64,000 nucleotides of DNA from an uncultured delta proteobacterium (GTDB lineage: Bacteria; Desulfobacterota; Desulfobacteria; Desulfobacterales; SG8-13), in the NCBI GenBank assembly GCA_963848135.1, contig CAWKCK010000018.1:696938-760937 (forward strand), given 5' to 3'. This document shows positions 56,259 to 64,000 of the stretch, piece by piece (within the stretch, counting starts at the first letter, position 1; every line of letters starts with the position of its first letter). A program made the translations under genes and the position numbers. The notes under the pieces were generated by a model. The model worked only from the letters and a program-made list of their open reading frames with translations, searched no databases and was not told the DNA's origin.

Positions 56259-57083
56259 TTACAACGGGGGCGCGGTTGGACAATTAATACGTCCGAAGTC
56301 AGCGCCCGCGGTTTGAAGATCCAATATATCTACTGTACCGTCTCCGTTGAAATCCGAAAGGCATATATTACCAGCATTATTACAGTCAATTCTCCCAAAC
56401 TCAGCACCAATGGCAGTAAAATCTAAGATATCCACAGTGTTATCACCATTCAGATTGCCCTCGCACGCATTATCGCCGACGTAAACCCAGCTCAGATCGG
56501 CAGGCAGACCAGCCGGATCTTCGACGGTTCCGTTAAGGGTGACAAAGTTGTCGAAAGTGTCATCTGGATCATTGGGGTGTATCTCGGCAAGGGCGACATT
56601 AAGAGAAGTGCTGCCATTTCCGACCGTATTAAAATCGATCCACCCCAAAAGAACAGTGCCATTCAGACCGTCGGTGGTGGTTCCCGGCCCGATCAGTCTT
56701 CCGCCTTTCATGGTCACACTGCCCGGGGTGCTGGTATCCACTGCCGGAGTCACGTACTGATCATCTTCGGTCGCCGGGTTGCCATCCCCATCCATGATGA
56801 AACCATCGGTAAAGCTGATATTTTTGGAAGCACTCGCTATCGATAGTACGGCCGGATCGAAAGTAACCAGAATCCCCATGCTGATCAAATCGATGGCATT
56901 ATTGCCAAATATCTGAACGCGCAATTTGTTCGTTGCCCCGGTACTATCCGTTCTCGAAGCCTGGTCCGGAGTTATTGAAATATTCAGTGCATACCCGGAT
57001 CCTGCAAACAGAAAAATGACGGTGGTAAATACCACAAAACCCCTTGATAAACACTTCAATTTAAACTTTTCCATGGCCCTCAT
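56259..57083 (-). CDS. Secreted cohesin-like + dockerin-like protein
   Basis: ISMGILVTFDPAVLSI...GTVLLGWIDF..VGNGSTSLNV, then two repeats GNLNGDNTVDILDF and SDFNGDGTVDILDL. Start 57083 or 57074. Confidence 0.8.
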   Translation of the reverse strand: MRAMEKFKLKCLSRGFVVFTTVIFLFAGSGYALNISITPDQASRTDSTGATNKLRVQIFGNNAIDLISMGILVTFDPAVLSIASASKNISFTDGFIMDGDGNPATEDDQYVTPAVDTSTPGSVTMKGGRLIGPGTTTDGLNGTVLLGWIDFNTVGNGSTSLNVALAEIHPNDPDDTFDNFVTLNGTVEDPAGLPADLSWVYVGDNACEGNLNGDNTVDILDFTAIGAEFGRIDCNNAGNICLSDFNGDGTVDILDLQTAGADFGRINCPTAPPL

Positions 57084-57113
57084 CTCTCCTTTCCGGCAAA
57101 CGCCAGATGATTT

Positions 57114-57129
57114 TGCACGTAACATGCCA
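57114..57129 (-). promoter_or_regulatory. Possible proximal sigma54 promoter
   Basis: Minus strand TGGCAT-GTTAC-GTGCA (GG-N10-GC). Confidence 0.5.
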
Positions 57130-57430
57130 GATAATTGATTGCAATAGCTTTTTATATATAACTGAAATTATAATTCATTTTTGGTATTACCGCTGCCGGA
57201 TAAGCCGCCGCGTTCTTCAAATTGTGACATACGGTCGTGATATTGTGTGGTGTTTTTTTCACAATGTGTGAAATTCGTTTCTTATGTGTTATTAGCGGCG
57301 CCGCAGACGATTGAACGCCAGCGCAGCGTATTGTCAGGTTTCAGAAAATTATTTTTTATAACCCGTCCCTGGATCGGTCACTTTTGGACACACCACCCTC
57401 TTGGCACAACGGCACATTCATATTCGACAT

Positions 57431-57446
57431 AGCAATGCGTGTGCCA
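57431..57446 (-). promoter_or_regulatory. sigma54 promoter upstream of the cohesin/dockerin genes
   Basis: Minus strand TGGCAC-ACGCA-TTGCT, with palindromic sites at 57546 and 57607. Confidence 0.8.
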
Positions 57447-57702
57447 GAAAACGTATATTGAAAATTACCGTGCATTTTCAGATAGATGATAAAAGAACGG
57501 CAGCCAAATGCACGCGCCGGACGGCGGCGTATTCCGCCAGGGTCTCCCATTCTGGGGTGGTCAATGATAAATAAGTGTATGATTCCAGAAGGATGACGCT
57601 ATATCAACCAATCTGGGAGGGTACAACGCCAATAGCTTCCCTCCCGCAAAGCGTCTGGACATTTTTAGGGGCCTATTGGAGAATAACTATCCAATATCAA
57701 AT

Positions 57703-57915
57703 GGTTATTCCGATGGGTGCTCTTATTAAATCCCCCTGTCTCCCTTTGTCAAAGGGGGGACTATAAGAGGCCTGCCGTGGTTGCGACCACAGCACTTACA
57801 GCACTTGCGACAAGAAGGGATGCCGGCGTAGGTGCGTTCCCCCTTTTTAGGAAAGGGGGGCCAGGGGGGATTTTGGCCGGTCACACACACCCACCAATCG
57901 GCACATATTTATGGT
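57703..57915. repeat. Repeat family C (REP-doublet-like), copy 1
   Basis: aaatccccctgtctccctttgtcaaagggggga ... ccccctttttaggaaaggggggccaggggggatttt. Reverse-complement similar to 59508-59706. Confidence 0.8.
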
Positions 57916-58041
57916 AACAGCCATAATTAGAGGAGTGGTTTTATCGTTTTTCGCTGCCAAATTGTCGTGGACCCATTTATCGGTTGGCTGCATTGGAAAA
58001 AGCGCTAAGGCCTTGCCCCTGAAAGCCAAAGGTGCCTGAAG

Positions 58042-59409
58042 TTATTTAACACCGTAAGACTCGAGCTTGCGCCGCAAGGTGTTGATGCCGATTCCCAGCA
58101 CCCGGGCGGTCTGGGCCTTGTTGTTCTTCATCGACTGGTAGGTGTGGACAATGTGGGCTTTTTCAATGTCGGCCAGCGTTTGAACCGGTTTGTCCGGATT
58201 TTTGCCTGCCCGGCTCATGCTGGTGGCTTTTTTGACGAGCTGCGCCGGCAGGAAGCGGGCTGTGATCGTTTTTCCGCGGGCCAGATTGACCGCTGATCGA
58301 ATTATCGATTGGAGCTCGCGAATATTGCCAGGATACTCGTAATACATCAGCATGGACATGGCTTTTTCATCGATTTCACCGCCGGATGGTCCGCAGAATT
58401 CTTTCAGGAAATGGCTGATCAACAGCGGAATGTCGTCCTTTCTTTCCTTGAGGGGCGGCAGGTGCAGCCAACTGCCGCTGAGGCGGTAGAAAAGATCCTT
58501 GCGGAACGTGTTGCGCGCCATCGACACCTCCAGGTCCTTATTGGTGGCCGCAATGAACCGCACATCCGTCCGGCTGGGCTTGCTGGTGCCGATCTTCAAA
58601 AACTCCCCGTCTTGAAACACGCGCAACAATTTTCCCTGGAGTTCCACCGCCAAATTACCGATCTCATCCATGAAGAGGGTACCCTTGTGGCTGCTCTCGA
58701 GATAGCCGGAGCGCTCCTTTTCGGCACCGGTGAAAGCCCCCTTGGTGTGCCCGAAAAATTCGGCATCGAACAGTGTGGGTGTCAGGGCGTCCATATTGAT
58801 GGGGGTAAAAGAGCGACCGGCCCGCGGACTGGCCTGGTGTATGGCCCGGGCCAGCAGCTCCTTTCCCGTGCCTGTCGCCCCGGTAATAAGAATCGGCGCT
58901 TCACTGACCGCGTGAAGTTCCGCTTCCTTCAGAATCCTGAGCATGTGGTCATTGCGGGTCACAATGGGGGAAAAGGCTCCGGCATTGTCCAATCGGGGAA
59001 TAGACTTTTTCTTACTGAGATCGAGAATATCGAGCAGACGCTTCCTTTCCAGGGCGCGGTTGATCGATGATATCAGGTCCTCCTTGGATATCGGCTTGAC
59101 CAGGTAATCGTAAGCGCCCTTTTTCAAGCAATCCACCGCCGTGCGGGCTTCGTCGAGGGCCGTGATCATGATGCACTCGGTGCGCGGCTGCACGTTTTTG
59201 ATGCTCTGCAGCAACTCGATGCCGGTCAGGCCCGGCATGGTGATATCGATCAGGGCGATATCGAAGTTTTCCCCACCTTCGATGACCTCCGCGGCTTTTA
59301 TCGGATCCACTTCCGTGTAGATGTTTTTAAAACCGGATGTGATCAGTCCCCGTCGAACACTGTCGAGAAAGTCGGATTCGTCATCCACCACCATGATACG
59401 GGCGCGCAT
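58042..59409 (-). CDS. sigma54-dependent response regulator (NtrC/AtoC family)
   Basis: REC (VVDDE, DITMP, KP), AAA+ (GATGTGKE, GAFTGA, MDEIG, PGNIREL) and a Fis-type HTH. Confidence 0.96.
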   Translation of the reverse strand: MRARIMVVDDESDFLDSVRRGLITSGFKNIYTEVDPIKAAEVIEGGENFDIALIDITMPGLTGIELLQSIKNVQPRTECIMITALDEARTAVDCLKKGAYDYLVKPISKEDLISSINRALERKRLLDILDLSKKKSIPRLDNAGAFSPIVTRNDHMLRILKEAELHAVSEAPILITGATGTGKELLARAIHQASPRAGRSFTPINMDALTPTLFDAEFFGHTKGAFTGAEKERSGYLESSHKGTLFMDEIGNLAVELQGKLLRVFQDGEFLKIGTSKPSRTDVRFIAATNKDLEVSMARNTFRKDLFYRLSGSWLHLPPLKERKDDIPLLISHFLKEFCGPSGGEIDEKAMSMLMYYEYPGNIRELQSIIRSAVNLARGKTITARFLPAQLVKKATSMSRAGKNPDKPVQTLADIEKAHIVHTYQSMKNNKAQTARVLGIGINTLRRKLESYGVK

Positions 59410-59507
59410 ATTACACGTTCCTTTCCCTATCCTGCATACGTCATGAACACTTTTCAGATTAACTTAATAAATAACATAATATCAATGGGTTAATTTTTAC
59501 AACCATT

Positions 59508-59706
59508 GGCATAAATATGATCCGATTGGGAGGAACATGCGGCATTAGGAAATCCCCCCTGGCCCCCCTTTCAAAAGGGGGGAACGCATGCACGCCGGCA
59601 ACCCTATCTTGGCGCAAGAGCCCCGTTGAAACCAAGCCAAGCCTTTACCAGTACCCCCTTGTCAAAGGGGGACAGGGGGATTTTAAAAACGTACCAATCG
59701 GAGTAA
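59508..59706. repeat. Repeat family C, copy 2 (inverted)
   Basis: aaatcccccctggcccccctttcaaaaggggggaacgca ... ccccttgtcaaagggggacagggggatttt. Confidence 0.8.
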
Positions 59707-59812
59707 AATTCTGACATTCGCTGTACCGTAGGTTTATATTCGATTTAAACGCAGCAAGCTGCGGGGTATTAAACCCGTAGAAAGATCAAATTTCGCGATA
59801 GACTGCGGCCGC

Positions 59813-62800
59813 TCAGGTCGGCAGGGTTTCAACCGCGGCGACGGCCGGACGGGGTTTTTTACGGCGGTCCCTGTCCGGCAGGTACACGGCAAATGTGCTG
59901 CCCTCTCCCGGCCGGGTTTCCACGTCGATTCTGCCCCCCAGGCTTTCAATCAGGTTGTGACACACGTACAATCCCAAGCCGGTCCCCTCGGCGGCCGACT
60001 TGGTGGTATAAAAAGGATCGAATATCCGCTCGCGCGTTTTCTGATCGATGCCGCACCCGTTGTCAATGACTTCAATGATGGTGTGATCCCGCCAGTTCCG
60101 GCCGGAGGATGCACGCAGGAGTACAGAGGAATCTTTCTTGTCCATCGCCTGAACGGCGTTTACGATGAGATTCAGCAATACCTGCTCCAAAGAGTACTCG
60201 TCCGCATAGACCGGCGGCAGGTTGGCCGGCAGGTCCGTTTCGAAGGTTTTGACGTGCTTTTTGATCTGGCTGCGGCAGATGCTGAGTACCTTGTCGAGAA
60301 CCACCGGCAGTTCGAGCATCACCTTTTGCCGGTCGCCGTTGCTCTGGGAGAACTCGCGCAAATTGGAGACAAAGGTGCTGATACGGCTGGCGCCGTGTTC
60401 GATATTGTCGACAAGGTTGAAGACATCCTTGCGAAATTCGGCATAGGTCATGTGAAACAGCTCGAATTCGGGTTGCTTCTCGGCGTAGGCGTCGGCGATA
60501 CCGATCAACGCCTCCAGGTATTCCCGCAGGATGGGAATGTTGAACGTTACGAAGCTGTTGGGATTGTTGATCTCGTGGGCAATGCTGGACACCAGGATGC
60601 CCAGGGAGGCCATTTTTTCACTCTGGATCAGCTGCCGCTCGAAGCGCCTCTCCTCGGTGATATCGGAGATGCGCACGATGGCGCCGCCGATTTCACTGTC
60701 TTTCTCTTTGACAGGATAGACCGAGACCTGTTCCAATGTTTTATCATCCCTCAGGCCCGTGCGCTCGAAGACGAGTGTTTGACCTCTTTCAACTGCCTGG
60801 GGAACTTCACAACTGGTACAGGCACCCACCGCCCCGTTCGCATTGAAGCATTGCTGACCGATGACGGCCTCATAGGAGGTCATTCCGTAAAGTTCGGCCG
60901 CCCGGCGATTAAGCATGCGTAGACGCATATCGTGATCGACGAGAATCAAGGCGTCATTTATTCCGTCAATCAGGGTCTGCATCATAGTACTGCTTTCCCG
61001 CAGGCGTTCTTCAGCTTGCAGACGCACCGCGATTTCGGCCTTGAGATTCTCGTTGGCCAGAGACAGTTCAATGGTGCGTTCCAATACCCGGTCTTCGAGC
61101 ACTTGATAGGCAGACTTCAGTGCTTCCTCCGCCCGCAATCGTCGGATGGTCGCGCCGAGCTGCATGGCGGCCGCCTCGAGCATTTCAACCACCTCAAGGG
61201 CAAACAACTTCCCGCGCCTGTCGGCGACGTGAAGCAGTCCCAGGGTATGTTCACCAAGCCGGATGGGAATCAGTGCCAGGGATCGGAAGCCGAACCGATT
61301 GCAGGTGTTGCGCAGGCAATGTTCAAGACCTTTTTCGTTGCCGCTGGCCACCTGAGAAAAATCGTTTATAAAGTACGATCCCATCCTTGTAAAATTGGGC
61401 AATTCCGGATCGATGTCATTGCGCACCACCTGCACGCACATCCCTTGGTCCTTTTTCACGGACAAAAAATTTTCAACTTCACAGAACGCGGCACCGAATC
61501 CTTCCTCAAAGGCATAGGGAATATGACCCTCTTCATCCAGGATCCGGATGGCGGCAGCCTGGCATCCGGTCAGTTTTTTAGTGGCGGCAACAAAATCGGC
61601 CAACATCGGCTGCATTTCTGTCTGGCGATTGGCGATTTTCAGGAAATCGTGTGCGGCCCGTCGTTTCTGCTCGGCGAATTTGCGATCGGTGATATCTTTT
61701 TGGAATATAACGATGCAGTCAACAGTTCCCTTTTCGTCGCGAATGACCGATGCCGAGCAGTCGACGGTAACGCGACGACCGCCTTTACTTTCCATGTTGA
61801 CTTCGCACATCAGATCCCCATTGTCTGGCAAACCGGAAAAAGCATGGTCAAAATAGTCCCGGCTCGCCGGATCGACGAAATTCGCCAGGCGGCAACCACG
61901 CATCTCTGTTTCCGAATAGCCCAAAAGTTCGGTGGCAGCCGGATTGGACACGAGGATACGACCTTCCAGGTCCAACAGGTAAATCTTGTCGGCAGCAGAT
62001 TCAAACAAGCCCCGGAACCTTTCCTCGCTTTCCCGCATGGCCATCTCGGCTTCTTTGAGCTCACTGACGTTGCGGGCGACGGTGATGAAATGAGGTTCGC
62101 CTTTAAGTTCGATGGCATTGACCGAAAGCAGGGCCGTCTTAACATTGCCGTCCTTCATCTGGAAACGGGATTCGAAGTTGTGAACATAACGCCTGGATTC
62201 GAGAATGGAAACGAACCGATCCCGCTTTTCGTTATCTTCCCACAGCGTCAAGTCGAGTGCGGTTTGACCGATCACATCGTTTTTACTGAACCCCGTCAGC
62301 TCGAGAAATCCGTTGTTGACGTCAACGATCGTGTTGTCCTGAAGACGGCTGACGATTATTGAATCGGGAATGGTTTCAAATACGGTTCGGAATAAATTTT
62401 CGCTCTCTTTGAGGGCGTGTTCAATCTTTTTCCGTTCCGATACCTCTTTTTCAAGCTGTGCATTGGTATCCTTCAAACTGAGAACATATTCAGAGCGGCG
62501 GCGCTCATAACGCCGGATGGTCAGCCATACGGTTATCATTAGGAATATGCAAAACAGAGCGAGGGAAGCGTGGCTGAACCGAAACAGCGTCTGATCCTTG
62601 CGCATAACCCGGATGATGTCGCTTTCCAGCCGGTCGATTTGTTGGAGGAAGTCTGTGAATTTTTGGTCGTAAATAGCCAGGGCAGCGGAAATGTCATCCT
62701 TTTGCCAGAGGACCCCGGCTTGCTGGGTGGTATGATCCTTTAGTTCTGCAAACCGTGATTTCAGAATATCAATTTGGTTTTGAATACCTTTGTTTCGCAG

Positions 62801-63130
62801 CGGAACAACATCTTGTAATGGTTCAATTCCGGAGTTTAAAAGGTTTTCGAAATACCAGATGGACCTGTCAAGATAATCCCAGACATCCTCAGTGACCGGG
62901 TTCACACCGTCCTCTAAAATTTCATAAACCCCGAGCCGGGTGGCGTTGGCATCAAGCCGGATCTCCTTTACGGCGGACAGCAGTGGCGAGTTCAAGTCAT
63001 GCAGGCGCTGGCCGTTATAATACCCGTAAAGGATGAGGACCAGCATGCTTAGCCCCGCAAGGCTCACCAGCAGGTTTATTCGCCGAAGGACGGTTTTGCC
63101 ATTATCGTTTTTGTAATCTGACGTTTTCAT
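59813..63130 (-). CDS. Membrane sensor histidine kinase (2 TM, PAS-PAS-GAF-PAS-HisKA-HATPase)
   Basis: IAHEINNP, QVLLNLIVNA, DNGCG, FDPFYTTK and GTGLGL motifs, with PAS and GAF signatures upstream. Confidence 0.95.
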   Translation of the reverse strand: MKTSDYKNDNGKTVLRRINLLVSLAGLSMLVLILYGYYNGQRLHDLNSPLLSAVKEIRLDANATRLGVYEILEDGVNPVTEDVWDYLDRSIWYFENLLNSGIEPLQDVVPLRNKGIQNQIDILKSRFAELKDHTTQQAGVLWQKDDISAALAIYDQKFTDFLQQIDRLESDIIRVMRKDQTLFRFSHASLALFCIFLMITVWLTIRRYERRRSEYVLSLKDTNAQLEKEVSERKKIEHALKESENLFRTVFETIPDSIIVSRLQDNTIVDVNNGFLELTGFSKNDVIGQTALDLTLWEDNEKRDRFVSILESRRYVHNFESRFQMKDGNVKTALLSVNAIELKGEPHFITVARNVSELKEAEMAMRESEERFRGLFESAADKIYLLDLEGRILVSNPAATELLGYSETEMRGCRLANFVDPASRDYFDHAFSGLPDNGDLMCEVNMESKGGRRVTVDCSASVIRDEKGTVDCIVIFQKDITDRKFAEQKRRAAHDFLKIANRQTEMQPMLADFVAATKKLTGCQAAAIRILDEEGHIPYAFEEGFGAAFCEVENFLSVKKDQGMCVQVVRNDIDPELPNFTRMGSYFINDFSQVASGNEKGLEHCLRNTCNRFGFRSLALIPIRLGEHTLGLLHVADRRGKLFALEVVEMLEAAAMQLGATIRRLRAEEALKSAYQVLEDRVLERTIELSLANENLKAEIAVRLQAEERLRESSTMMQTLIDGINDALILVDHDMRLRMLNRRAAELYGMTSYEAVIGQQCFNANGAVGACTSCEVPQAVERGQTLVFERTGLRDDKTLEQVSVYPVKEKDSEIGGAIVRISDITEERRFERQLIQSEKMASLGILVSSIAHEINNPNSFVTFNIPILREYLEALIGIADAYAEKQPEFELFHMTYAEFRKDVFNLVDNIEHGASRISTFVSNLREFSQSNGDRQKVMLELPVVLDKVLSICRSQIKKHVKTFETDLPANLPPVYADEYSLEQVLLNLIVNAVQAMDKKDSSVLLRASSGRNWRDHTIIEVIDNGCGIDQKTRERIFDPFYTTKSAAEGTGLGLYVCHNLIESLGGRIDVETRPGEGSTFAVYLPDRDRRKKPRPAVAAVETLPT

Positions 63131-64000
63131 GAAATTCGGCCCGGTCGCGGGCGGATCCCTATGTTCTTGATTCCGGTTCGGGCAGGTGATTCGCTGTCAA
63201 GCCCATCGGTCAGGCATCCGAATCGGTGCGTGGACATATCGGTAAAATTTTCCAAACCTTTTGTAGGACATGCAATTTTCATGCAATATGTTAAATGCCA
63301 ACTCCCGAGGCACGCAGGCTTTCACAAAACCGTCTTGCTTGTTGGGACTGTAAGGAATAAGAATGCGATCCCCATCAAAACGAAAGAATACGTTTTCACG
63401 AATCTTTGGTTTGATTTTCTCGAACATAGGAAATATTTTTCATAATTGAATGTAACCGGCACTTCCAGGGAAGAGACCGATCGATCGGGCGCCGTCAGGA
63501 CGGGGAGGGCCTTGCAATGTAAAGACCCTAATGGAGTGTTTTTTCGACCGCACCGGTTGAAAGCGGTCTGCTGTTAGGCTGGATCTGCCCCCGTACAACC
63601 AGATATCTATCTGTTTTTTTATATTTTAATGTTATATAATGATCATCGTCTCGGGTATCTGTAAACGCCTGGAACCGTGAGGCTTTGGGCGTCTCCCCAG
63701 CCGAGCTGGGGTTTATGGATGATGATTATTAGGTTGAAAATAGCGTGAGGATAGAATAAATTCTTAAGGCTGACAAGGCCAAAATGGGACGTTTGAATAC
63801 ACCGCAAACACTGAAAAACATACCACCCTCGTCAGTGGTCTCGGCTTATGGTGGTTGTCAATATAATGTTCCCTTATTAAAATGTCTTTTTCACCGACCG
63901 CTTATACCATCCTTCCGTATTTCGGAATTTATTTTTTATAGACGGTATAATTTCGAACTAATACACTAATAACGATATGCCGGTATTCGAATACACAGCA

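Noticed and set aside
60932..62362. 476-aa plus-strand ORF, and similar long ORFs at 1951-3069(-), 10294-11208(-), 18201-19100(-), 52185-53228(+)
   Set aside because: These are antisense shadows of well-supported genes, with no recognisable motifs.
63460..63720. Structured RNA or group II intron fragment upstream of the kinase
   Set aside because: A few short hairpins only (gaccgc/gcggtc, ccccagc/gctgggg). I recognise no domain V or riboswitch consensus.

Overview
This window looks like chromosome from a deltaproteobacterial sulfate reducer (Desulfobacterales-like; inferred from gene content, not verified). From left to right it holds: a MacB/LolCDE-type ABC transporter; a MetF-like gene; two gene remnants; an LPS/lipid A modification cluster (ArnT-like, flippase-like, two aminotransferases, GT9, hldD, hldE); a sigma54-preceded CxxCH/Ig-repeat surface protein next to an MtrA/MtrB-type porin-cytochrome pair, whose porin carries an extra AMIN-like N-terminal domain; and signalling/STN proteins. 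A ~31-kb minus-strand copper/redox island follows (57083 to 25800), with a sensor kinase and sigma54 activator upstream. It encodes cohesin-, dockerin-like and PEP-CTERM proteins, an 1824-aa surface protein, three multicopper-oxidase paralogs with complementary copper ligands, a dockerin-bearing subtilase, CusB/CusA (CusA frameshifted), two NosL proteins, an ABC transporter and a UGA-interrupted (selenocysteine) DsbA. Intergenic gaps hold several MITE/REP-like families, GxxExxY genes inside inverted 9-mer repeat brackets, and a four-helix-bundle gene hit by both an IS256 and a 293-bp GIY-YIG mini-element. The best novelty candidates are a cellulosome-like, exosortase-anchored surface complex carrying a split multicopper oxidase, and the small-nuclease cassettes. 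Domain calls come from reading motifs by eye; no database searches were run. I recognised no rRNA, tRNA or CRISPR array.
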